This document shows positions 21,129 through 29,962 of a DNA stretch of 64,000 bases, in pieces. How positions within the stretch are numbered: the first letter of the stretch is position 1; each line of letters starts with the position of its first letter. The stretch is from an uncultured Phycisphaerales bacterium (lineage in GTDB: Bacteria; Planctomycetota; Phycisphaerae; Tepidisphaerales; Tepidisphaeraceae): the NCBI GenBank assembly GCA_963758525.1, contig CAVWVQ010000003.1, positions 2,912,001-2,976,000 of the forward strand, written 5' to 3'. A program made the translations under genes and the position numbers. The notes under the pieces are model-generated. The model was given only the letters and a program-made list of their open reading frames with translations. It was not told the origin of the DNA and searched no databases.

Positions 21129-22067
21129 CTAGTTCTTGCTGCCGACCAGTTCGGGCTTGAAGATCAGGTCGCCGGTGGGGACGGCGTCGCCGTCGTACAG
21201 CTTGGCAACTTCTTCCGGAACGCGTTCGAGGTCGCTGGCGCGCATGAAGTCGCGGAGCGACGTGCCGGTGCATTCGGAGTCGAGATTGTGCGCTCCGCCG
21301 CGCGACTTGATGTCGTCGATGTTGACGGTGCGGAAGTCGATGCTGTAGCGGGACAGCCCGGCGGTGTTCGGGACCGTCGAGTGAAGCTGGGCGGCGGCGA
21401 AGATGATTACGCCGCCCGCCGGCGGGATGAACCGCACCTGCGGGTAGAGCTCGACGTGCTCTTCCGGCTTGGGCTGCTTGCGGGTGTCAGCCTTGATCTG
21501 CTTGGCGGCGTCCTTGCGGCCGACGCTGTTCCATTCGTAATAATTGAATCCGCTCGAACCGTTCTTGAGCGGCTTGTCCCAGTAACTGGGGTGGAACGCC
21601 ATCGACATCTCCGTTTCGATGTCGTAGATCGGCAGCCACCAGTTGAGCTGGGCCTGCGGGGCCGAGTACCACGTATCGCGGTGGGGATGGTGCGCGTAGC
21701 CCACGCCGGAGGTCAGATAGCCGTCGCTGGTGACCATGCGCAGACGCGGTACGTCGATGTAAGTCTTTTGCATGTCGCACTTAAAGTCTTCCATGATTCC
21801 CTGGATGATCTTCTTGGTGCGAGGGTGATGGATAAACTTGGGCTTCAGCGGAGCACAGATCTCCACATACTTTTCCACCGGCATGTGGTGCTGAGCCTGT
21901 CGGGGATCGACGCTTCCGAACGCCTCTTCGATCATTTCCCGTGCCAGATTGCACAGCTCGAGCGTGCTGGGGCGAGGGGAGTAGACGAAGATTTGCCCGT
22001 CGTAAATTCGCTGCAAACGGACTGAATCGTCCGCTTTTGAATCAAAATACACACTGTGCGCTGGCAT
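21129..22067 (-). CDS. Putative Fe(II)/2-oxoglutarate-dependent oxygenase
   Basis: HRDTWY (HxD), NWWLP, LHSTVPN (distal His) and RYSIDFR fit the DSBH facial-triad pattern. Confidence 0.55.
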   Translation of the reverse strand: MPAHSVYFDSKADDSVRLQRIYDGQIFVYSPRPSTLELCNLAREMIEEAFGSVDPRQAQHHMPVEKYVEICAPLKPKFIHHPRTKKIIQGIMEDFKCDMQKTYIDVPRLRMVTSDGYLTSGVGYAHHPHRDTWYSAPQAQLNWWLPIYDIETEMSMAFHPSYWDKPLKNGSSGFNYYEWNSVGRKDAAKQIKADTRKQPKPEEHVELYPQVRFIPPAGGVIIFAAAQLHSTVPNTAGLSRYSIDFRTVNIDDIKSRGGAHNLDSECTGTSLRDFMRASDLERVPEEVAKLYDGDAVPTGDLIFKPELVGSKN

Positions 22068-22103
22068 GGGAGACTCCTTTGTCTTCGTTGTTGGGTCAGT
22101 CAG

Positions 22104-23318
22104 TTATTCGGAATACGCCGGCTTGCAGACGCCGGTTTGCACGCCGCCGCGGTTGGCGATGGCCTTGCGATAGATGGCGAGCATGCTTTCATAATTTCGG
22201 TCCGCTGTAAACGCGGCTTCAAATCGCTGTCGCGCTCCGTGGCGTTTTTTCATCAGGAGCTGCGGGTCCGATAATATCCGGGACACCGCTGCCGCCAAGG
22301 CGTTGGCGTCACCGGGATTAAACAAGAGACCATTGTCATCGTCCACAAGCTCGATCATCGAACCCAGCCGTGATGCTATGACGGGGGTTCCTTTGGCAAA
22401 CGATTCGAGCAACACCTTTGGCTGTCCCTCGTACCATTGCGAAGGAAAGACCAGAAACGAGGCATTGCCCACCAGTTTCAGTACCTCTTCCATCGGCTGT
22501 CGGCCTAGCCACTGAATGCAAGAGTTGCTGCTGGCAGCTTTTCGGACGTTCTCCGCCTCGGGGCCGTCCCCTACAATCCGCAAAGGCAGTAGATTCCCTA
22601 CCCGCTCCCAAGCCGCGAGAATCGTGCTAATTCCCTTTTCCGGAGACAGTCTGCCCACGAAAATGGCATATTTCCCATCCCCCGCACCCGGCCCAGGGTC
22701 CGGAGAAACAAAATTTCCCTTGACGAAAATTTTTTCTGCGGGGAAGCCGCCTTCAATCAGCTTTTTGCGAACGAACTGCGTGAGGGCGAGATACGCATCG
22801 ACACTCCGCTTCCATGTGCCAATCAATTTATGCGTCGCCAGCATCGTCGCGGTGACGGCAGTGATCGTCCGGCTCCCGCGATAGCACTTATGGACGACGC
22901 CCGGCCAGGCGAACGTTTTCCCCAGGCAATCCTCGCACACCCGGCCGTCGCGCATGAAGACCGCATCGGGGCACATCAGTCGATAGTTTGGAACGCCCTG
23001 CACGACCGCAGCGCCCGCAGCCCGCGCCGCGTGGTAAGCGGCAGGGGAGATCTGCGGAAACGTGTTGTGAAAATGCACGACTGCCGGCTGCTCGCGCGCC
23101 ACCAGATCGTGAATCTCGCGATACGTCTTGCGGTTCCAGATGGTCGCCGCCGCCACGCCCAGCTTGCCGGCGGTTTTGATGCTGTCGTTGTGCAGCGTGT
23201 AACGAAGCACCTCATGCCCACGCGATTCCAGCAGCTTTCCCTCGTCGGCAAAGACCTGGTCTTCGCCGCCAGGCTGCTGATAGTAGTTGTGAGCAATGAG
23301 TACTTTCATCGGGGTCAT
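22104..23318 (-). CDS. Glycosyltransferase family 4
   Basis: HNYYQQPGGED, FVGRLSPEKG, WYEGQP.VLLESF. Confidence 0.9.
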   Translation of the reverse strand: MTPMKVLIAHNYYQQPGGEDQVFADEGKLLESRGHEVLRYTLHNDSIKTAGKLGVAAATIWNRKTYREIHDLVAREQPAVVHFHNTFPQISPAAYHAARAAGAAVVQGVPNYRLMCPDAVFMRDGRVCEDCLGKTFAWPGVVHKCYRGSRTITAVTATMLATHKLIGTWKRSVDAYLALTQFVRKKLIEGGFPAEKIFVKGNFVSPDPGPGAGDGKYAIFVGRLSPEKGISTILAAWERVGNLLPLRIVGDGPEAENVRKAASSNSCIQWLGRQPMEEVLKLVGNASFLVFPSQWYEGQPKVLLESFAKGTPVIASRLGSMIELVDDDNGLLFNPGDANALAAAVSRILSDPQLLMKKRHGARQRFEAAFTADRNYESMLAIYRKAIANRGGVQTGVCKPAYSE

Positions 23319-23420
23319 GAGTGTGTGGTGCTGCGAAACGTGCGAATCGCAAAAAAAGACCGGCGGGATAAATCCCGCCCTACGGGGTCGTTCGCGAAGA
23401 TATCGACCGGGTGCCCTTTT

Positions 23421-24543
23421 TTATGCCGCTCCCGTCACGCGGCCTTCCAGGCACCGGCGAAACAGCGCTTCCATCTCGCGAACGCGAAGCTTGATGTCCT
23501 GCGTTGCCGCGCCTTGCGGCATCCGCGCAATCACTTGGGCGCGATATTCCTCGTCGGTCAGATTTTTCCGCAGCGCGGCCACGAGCGCATCAAGATCGCC
23601 GACAGGAAACAGCGTGCCGTATCGGCCGCGATCAAGAATCGCGTTGGGTCCGCTGCGGCAGTCGGCGGCGACAATCGGCACGTTCAGCGCCAGGCGCTTC
23701 AGCCACCACCAGCGGCGAACCCTCAAATCGCGAAACCAGCGCAAATACCCTGCCGGCACGCATCACCGGCCAGGGATTATCGACGTATCCGCCGAGAATG
23801 AAGCTCTTTTGCACCCCCAGATCGGCGATCAGCTTTTCGCATTCCGCGCGCAACGGACCGTCCCCGATCCAAAGCACCCGATGGCGGATTCCCTCGTCGA
23901 TCAACCGCTTGTGTGCGTTGATCAGCAACTGCGGATGCTTCTGATACTGCAGGCCCGCGACGTTGACGACCACCGGCTCATCGAAGACCCAGGCGAGACG
24001 CTCGGGCATCGCCAACTGCGACATCTCCCGAACGCGATCGACGTCCACGCCGTTCACAATCGCCAGGCTGTTGCTCAGATGATGGTTCTCGCGCAGATCG
24101 TCGGCAACCTCCTTCGAGCAACCGACGGTGGCATCGAGCTTGGAGTAGATGAAGTGCATGATCGGCTTGTGAAACGCCGGCCGCATCTTCAGCTCGAAGA
24201 TGCGCGAGAGGTTCTGGTGAATCCAGCCGATGGTCGGGCGCCCGCCGAGCAATGCGCCGGTCGCGGCAAGATAGGTCGGGGTGAGCTCCGCCCAACTGAC
24301 AACCAGATCGTGCCGCTTGGCTTCGGCATAAATCTTCCAGATGGTGTGCGGCGCGTTGCTGTATTTCATCCCCTCATCGAGCACTTCGATCCGCACGCCC
24401 TGGGGAAATTCATGCGCAAAGCGGAGCTCCCGCTCGGTGACCAGAATCGTCGGCTCGTACGCCTTGTCGAGATGGCGCATGTAATCCGCGAGCAGGCGCA
24501 TCGAGTTGGTAAGGTGCGGAACGACAAAGAGCACTTTAGGCAA
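23421..24543 (-). CDS. Glycosyltransferase family 4 (frameshift near 23695)
   Basis: IVNGVD, IGDGPLR, SRFEG.PLVVAEA then LALNVPIVAADC.SGP in next frame. Confidence 0.8.
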
Positions 24544-25918
24544 ACGACACCTCGGGTTGATTCGATTCGCGCCGCCGGGGAGCAAACTCGGGTTGGGGCT
24601 CCTCCACGGCAGTCAATTGCCGCTGATACCTCGCGTAGGCAGCCATCTTCTGATCGAGCCCAATCAGCACGCCCTCAAGCAAATAAAATGGGATCGCGCC
24701 GAACGGGGTTTCCAGGTAGTTGCCGGTGATGGCAACGAGCAGCGTGCACCAGAAGACCGACGAATAGAGCGTTCGCAGGAGCGGGTCTTCAACCCGTGTT
24801 CCCGCGAGCCACATTGCAAAGAGCATCAAAAAGAATATCGCCAGCCCCAGGTACCCCGTGTAGTAAATGCAGTAGATCGAAATGTTATGGGGCGTGTGAA
24901 TGTCCTGGCCGTCGGTGGTGAAATCCCCCAGCGACTTCGCTTCGCCCTGCCCCAGCAACTGCAGTTCCGTGGTATTGAGAGATTTGATGGCGCCCGTCCA
25001 GATTTCCTGGCGCCAGTGCGCCGTGCCGCGGGCGTTGATGAGATTATCGATCTCGCCGCTATAGGCCGGGATGATCCGGCCGCCCAGTCGCCACTTGATG
25101 AGCTTGATGGCAAAATCCGGGTGATTGGATGCCACCACCCGGGCGATCTGCACGAGCGGGTCCAGCGGCGGAGCGCCCTCCTGGGTCCCGGGAGTGAAGG
25201 GGCCGACGATCGTCATGACCAGCAGAAATCCGCCGCCATAAAGGCCCCATCGAATCATCCGCGCCCGTGAGGAGGCGGCGATTGCGACGATCCCCGCGCA
25301 CAGGCCGAGCATCGTGCCGCGACCGTGAGTGCCGGCGAAAAACACCGGATACAGACACAGGATCAGCAGCGGAATGCGGGGCTTCCAACCCTTCAGTTCG
25401 CTCCAGGCGGTCAGCATGATGACGGGAATCAGCGCCGTGTTGGGCGGCTCGGCAAGCTCCATCCTCAGCATTTCGCAGATGCAGCGCAATCCATAGGCAA
25501 CGATCACCCATTTCAGCATGCGAATGAAATAAGGAAAACTGATCGTCGTGCCGACGGCGATGCCGATCAGCATGTAAAGCGGGTAATAGTTGAAAGCCGC
25601 GGTGCGAACCGACTCGATGATCGAGCGTCCCAGGAAGGACGATCGGACGACTTCGAAGACTCCCCAAACCAGATGGAGCGTGATGGCGACGGGAAGAAGC
25701 CGCATCTTGAGGATGCCGCTGATGAGCCGTCCCGTCCAGTTGCGTGTGTTCTGCAGAATCGCATAGCCGAGATACGCCTCTCCGATGAACAGCGGCGCGA
25801 TCCCGATGTACGCGAAGTTCCTGCTGAAGGCGATATATCCGCCGACGAGCACCGCCCACATGGGGAATCGGGTCCTGCCGCGTGAGCGATTGGGAGGGAT
25901 CCCGTATTCAAGCTGCAT
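24536..25918 (-). CDS. O-antigen ligase / Wzy-like polymerase
   Basis: About 11 TM segments, large loop with WR..IW and HTPHN motif. Confidence 0.75.
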   Translation of the reverse strand: MQLEYGIPPNRSRGRTRFPMWAVLVGGYIAFSRNFAYIGIAPLFIGEAYLGYAILQNTRNWTGRLISGILKMRLLPVAITLHLVWGVFEVVRSSFLGRSIIESVRTAAFNYYPLYMLIGIAVGTTISFPYFIRMLKWVIVAYGLRCICEMLRMELAEPPNTALIPVIMLTAWSELKGWKPRIPLLILCLYPVFFAGTHGRGTMLGLCAGIVAIAASSRARMIRWGLYGGGFLLVMTIVGPFTPGTQEGAPPLDPLVQIARVVASNHPDFAIKLIKWRLGGRIIPAYSGEIDNLINARGTAHWRQEIWTGAIKSLNTTELQLLGQGEAKSLGDFTTDGQDIHTPHNISIYCIYYTGYLGLAIFFLMLFAMWLAGTRVEDPLLRTLYSSVFWCTLLVAITGNYLETPFGAIPFYLLEGVLIGLDQKMAAYARYQRQLTAVEEPQPEFAPRRRESNQPEVSFA

Positions 25919-27044
25919 AGACTTTTTTCCAGCCGCTCAAAAACGCGTCCAGCCCATAGGACTGCACGCTCGAGGCGGCCTGTATCCCAAGATCCCCACG
26001 GCTCTGCGTGCTGCTGGCAAGCAGCCGCTCAAGGCCGCCTCGGACTCCTTCAACAGTGGTGTCGATCAGGTAGCCGTTTTTCCCGTCGATCAGAAATTCT
26101 TCCACTCCGTACAGCCGTGACACCAGCACCGGCACTCCCGCCGCGGCAGCTTCGAACGTCACCAGCGAAAACGTCTCGTACAGCGACGGAAATACAAATG
26201 CCTCGGCCGACCAGAGAAACGGGCGCACATCCCGCTGCATTCCGGCGAAGATGACCTGATCGCCCAGCCCCATGTCGCGGCACTTCTGCCGGTAGGCGGC
26301 AATCAGATCCTGCTCGCCGCCGACGACGCAGAGCTTCACTTGCGGCATCTTCAGCGAAACCATCGCGTCCAAAATCAGCGGCAATCCCTTTCGCTCGAAC
26401 TGCCCGAGTGCGATGAAGACCAGCAGCACGTCGTCAGCCGCCACGGCATGCGAGGACCGAAATGCGGCGCGGTCAAACTCGGGCGGGCGCTTCATGCGGT
26501 CCAGCTCGACGGGGTTGGGCAGCACGATGATCTTGTCCGCGACAAACGGATATTCCTGCTTCAGCTCCGCCGCCAGCCCCAGCGAGGGAACCACGATCCG
26601 CTTCACGCGACGAAAAACCCACGGCTCCATCTTCGCGTGAAGCCAGTGATCCATCAGTCGAAGTCGCGACCGCAGCCCCTTGGATCCGATGCGATCCCGA
26701 TAGTTGCGCAGGAATGAGCGATGGCAGAACTGACAATACGAGGTATCGCCGAACCAGAGATTGCTCTCCACCAGTTGCAGCCGGTCGAACCGCACCCAAT
26801 GGCGCAGGCGGTACGCCCAATACCACAGCGGCGCGAGCAGATGGAATGTGATAAACAACAGTGCCAGCGGACGTTTGATTGCCGGCACGTGAACGTAGCG
26901 GATTCGCTCCGGACAGGGGTTTTCGAACTGGGCTGCGAAAACGGTGAACTCGTGCTCGTGGCACAGCCCGCGCAGCATCCGCCAGTGACAGCCGCCGATG
27001 GGGTTGTTCGGAATCGCCAGGTAATCAAAGACTGCGACGCGCAC
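25908..27044 (-). CDS. Glycosyltransferase family 4
   Basis: PNPVE, F.RKG, FPSLYETFSLV.FEAAA.G.PV. Confidence 0.9.
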   Translation of the reverse strand: MRVAVFDYLAIPNNPIGGCHWRMLRGLCHEHEFTVFAAQFENPCPERIRYVHVPAIKRPLALLFITFHLLAPLWYWAYRLRHWVRFDRLQLVESNLWFGDTSYCQFCHRSFLRNYRDRIGSKGLRSRLRLMDHWLHAKMEPWVFRRVKRIVVPSLGLAAELKQEYPFVADKIIVLPNPVELDRMKRPPEFDRAAFRSSHAVAADDVLLVFIALGQFERKGLPLILDAMVSLKMPQVKLCVVGGEQDLIAAYRQKCRDMGLGDQVIFAGMQRDVRPFLWSAEAFVFPSLYETFSLVTFEAAAAGVPVLVSRLYGVEEFLIDGKNGYLIDTTVEGVRGGLERLLASSTQSRGDLGIQAASSVQSYGLDAFLSGWKKVYAA

Positions 27045-28254
27045 GCAACACTTCCTCGTAAAGGACAGTCATTCGCTCGGCCCGCTTGCCCCAGGTGTTT
27101 TCCGCGGCGCACCGCGCTGCCGCCCGCCCCATCGCCGCCCGGGCCTGCGGATCGTCGGCCATGGTTCGCATCGCCGCGGCCAACCCTTCGATCGTCGGCG
27201 CGGGCGTCGTGACAGGAACCTTGATGCCGGCCTCGGGGGGAACGATCGTACCGACGCCCTGATGATCCAGCGTAATCAGTGGCATGCCGCGGGCCATCGC
27301 TTCCAGCACGATGGTTCCCTGCGAATCCCGCAGGCTGGGAAACAGCAGCACGTCGCACGCACTGAATAACTCGGCCATCTGCGTCCACGGGACGCGACCG
27401 ACAAACTTCACCCGCTCGCCAAGCCCCAGCGCCTTTGCCTGTTCCTGCCAGCTTTCCAGACACGGCCCATCGCCCGCTGCGGTCAGACGAATGTTTGGAT
27501 TGGGAATCTTGGCCATCGCTTCGAGAATCAGCGGCAGCCCTTTACGAGGCTCGCATCGGCCGCCCCAGAGCATCGAGAGCCCGCCGGCGGGTGATCCCGC
27601 GCCGCGCGGATGGCTCAGCCAGTCCTCCTGAATGCCGTAGTCGGTCAGCAACTCCACGCGCCGGGTGTGCAGGCCCGTCAGCGTCTGGGCCGTCTCGCGG
27701 TTGATCGCCAGAATCAGGTCCGCGTGCCGCGCTGCGCGAATGACCAGCGGGTTCCACCGCGTGAGCTTCACCAGCAGCGTCCGCAGTCGCTCGGCCGTGC
27801 GACCGGTGGTGGCGAAACCCATGAATGGCTTGGGCCATGTCTGACCCCCGCCGACCGGGCCCCAGACGAACGGCAATCCCAGCTTCCATGCCACCGGCGG
27901 CTGCTGCAGGCTTCCCCAACTCACGTGATGCACCAGATCGAACGGCTTTTTTTCCGCGAAGCCCCGCAGGACGCGAAGCGCCGTGCTTTGCCAGAGGCGG
28001 TAATGAATCCGAATGCCGCGCTCCGACTTCTGCGGTTTCCACGGATCGAAACGGCTGGTGGTGTCGATCCATTCCAGTTTCAATCGCTCGATGGGGCGCT
28101 GAGCCAGTTCGGCGTCCACCGCCGCCCGATATTGCGGATGGGCAAAGAGGGTTACGTCATGCAATTTCGCCAGGCTTGCCGCCCAGTTCCAGGTGATTCC
28201 AGGTTCAGAACCCAGGATCGGGGAGCAGGCATGTCCTACGAGTGCAATTCTCAT
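27025..28254 (-). CDS. Glycosyltransferase family 4
   Basis: C.P..GSEPG..W, FVWGPVGGG, FPSLRDS.G.IVLEAMA. Confidence 0.9.
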   Translation of the reverse strand: MRIALVGHACSPILGSEPGITWNWAASLAKLHDVTLFAHPQYRAAVDAELAQRPIERLKLEWIDTTSRFDPWKPQKSERGIRIHYRLWQSTALRVLRGFAEKKPFDLVHHVSWGSLQQPPVAWKLGLPFVWGPVGGGQTWPKPFMGFATTGRTAERLRTLLVKLTRWNPLVIRAARHADLILAINRETAQTLTGLHTRRVELLTDYGIQEDWLSHPRGAGSPAGGLSMLWGGRCEPRKGLPLILEAMAKIPNPNIRLTAAGDGPCLESWQEQAKALGLGERVKFVGRVPWTQMAELFSACDVLLFPSLRDSQGTIVLEAMARGMPLITLDHQGVGTIVPPEAGIKVPVTTPAPTIEGLAAAMRTMADDPQARAAMGRAAARCAAENTWGKRAERMTVLYEEVLRARRSL

Positions 28255-28259
28255 GCAAT

Positions 28260-29069
28260 TTAACGAGCCTTGCTCATCGTGCCCCGCGGCACGGCCTTGG
28301 CGTCGTGGCTTGCGCCGGCGTGACGCCAGAAAAACTCTTCGCCGCGCTGGAACTGCGGGACAAACCCGCCTGGCATTCCCTGCAACTGTGAGCCATACGC
28401 GGCGATCGCCCGGTTCTTCTTTTCCTGTACGGCGCTGACGTCGACGCGCTCGGCGCCGGCAAACTCAGTCGTGCTCCAATTGAGCAGCGTGCGCTTCCAC
28501 AACACCCAGATCGGATACTCCAGCAAATCCGCTTCGCTGTCGGCCAGGTCGAGTGCGTCGGCGATCAGCGCGTGCGCCGCTTCATGATCGGGATGACAGT
28601 CCTTGTGATAGGTGACGTATACTTCGCCGGCGCCGCTGAGCTTGATGATTTCAGCAAGCCGATGCACCATCTCGCTGCGCTCGACGCTTGCCATCTCGGC
28701 CAGTTCCGCGTCAGCTCCGTCGAGAAAATGAAGATCGCCGGCAGCTACTCCCAGGATCTGACACGCCGCGACGGCCTCCTGCCTGCGGCTCGCAACAATT
28801 TTCCCAATCGGCAGCGATCCCTGCCCGACGTGCGATCGGCTCCCGTCGGTGACGAAGACCACCTGCACGGCAACGCCCGCGGCGCGCTTCAGCGCGATCA
28901 ACCCGCCGCAGCCAAACGTCTCGTCATCGTGATGCGGCGCCACGATCAGCGCGGGGGCGTCGGTCACCGTCGTATCGAAACTTTGCCCTTTCAGGCCCCA
29001 ACGGTAGAGCAGCGGCGCCCGGATGCCGCGGATTCGATTCGCCAGCGGTCGCAGTCGGGGATACGGCAT
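28260..29069 (-). CDS. PIG-L family deacetylase
   Basis: VAPHHDDETFGCGG, VTDG, R..EA, D.HPDH. Confidence 0.9.
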   Translation of the reverse strand: MPYPRLRPLANRIRGIRAPLLYRWGLKGQSFDTTVTDAPALIVAPHHDDETFGCGGLIALKRAAGVAVQVVFVTDGSRSHVGQGSLPIGKIVASRRQEAVAACQILGVAAGDLHFLDGADAELAEMASVERSEMVHRLAEIIKLSGAGEVYVTYHKDCHPDHEAAHALIADALDLADSEADLLEYPIWVLWKRTLLNWSTTEFAGAERVDVSAVQEKKNRAIAAYGSQLQGMPGGFVPQFQRGEEFFWRHAGASHDAKAVPRGTMSKAR

Positions 29070-29070
29070 C

Positions 29071-29661
29071 TCATTCCACCGGCTCGAGCAGGTCGGCGTC
29101 GATTTCCATCGCCGCCCCTTGCCCCAGCATCTTCACCTGCAGCACCAGACGGGTGGGGCCGTCGCGCTCGATGACCAGCCCTTCGATCCCTTCAAACGGT
29201 CCGTTCCGCACCCGGCAGCGTCGTCCGACCGCTGCAAATGGATACGGATCGAGCACCGCTTTGCGGGCCAGCGCCATCTCCAGCCCGTCCAGTTCGCCGA
29301 GCAATCCTGCCTGGTCATTGGTCTCGATCACCCGGCAAAGGCGATTGGTCGCCAGCGCCGCGTAGCGATCGTCCGCGTCGCCGCAGAAGAAAACGTAAGA
29401 CGGAAACAGCGGCAGCATGACGTGCCGCTTCTTCCCGCCCGATACCTTCACGCGTTCGATCAGCGGCAAAAAATAGCCCGTCCCGCGCCGCAGCAGGTCG
29501 AAGGCAAATGCCTTTTCAAACCGCGCCTTGGTGTGAGCGATCCACCATTGCCCCTTCATTGGCGCAGCGACGGGGTGTTGGGAGGAAGAATTGGGGGGTT
29601 GTCCTGGAGCTTGAGCATTCGGCTGCATCTCGGGTGGCAGGGGAGGGGCGACGCGGCTCAA
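29071..29661 (-). CDS. NusG paralogue (UpxY/LoaP/RfaH-like antiterminator)
   Basis: NGN: WWIAHTKARFEK, PLFPSYVF; KOW: G.R.RV.NGPFEG.EG. Confidence 0.85.
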   Translation of the reverse strand: MSRVAPPLPPEMQPNAQAPGQPPNSSSQHPVAAPMKGQWWIAHTKARFEKAFAFDLLRRGTGYFLPLIERVKVSGGKKRHVMLPLFPSYVFFCGDADDRYAALATNRLCRVIETNDQAGLLGELDGLEMALARKAVLDPYPFAAVGRRCRVRNGPFEGIEGLVIERDGPTRLVLQVKMLGQGAAMEIDADLLEPVE

Positions 29662-29666
29662 TCGAT

Positions 29667-29760
29667 TTTACTTTTTCACTTTTCATTTGCTCATTTTTCC
29701 TTCCGGACCGCCCGAATGAAAAATGAAAAGTGAAAAATGAAAAGTGAAAAAGTCAAAAAC
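29667..29760. repeat. Inverted heptamer array (TGAAAAA/TGAAAAG versus TTTTCA)
   Basis: TTTTTCACTTTTCAT... facing ATGAAAAATGAAAAGTGAAAAATGAAAAGTGAAAAAG. Confidence 0.75.
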
Positions 29761-29962
29761 TGATGACGGTTCGTTCTCTTGAATTGTATTCGCACCTCGA
29801 ATGCACCCGGCTCGGCGCGCACTCCGTCCCCGTCGGTGCACCCGGCTCTTCCGAAATCCGCGTCCGCCTTCAGCAAGCGGAGCCGGCAGCCTTGCGGACG
29901 CCGGCCCTCGCCTGGATTCCTGTTGGCAGTTGCGCGGCCTCCGCCGCGCAATCCGCCAGTTG

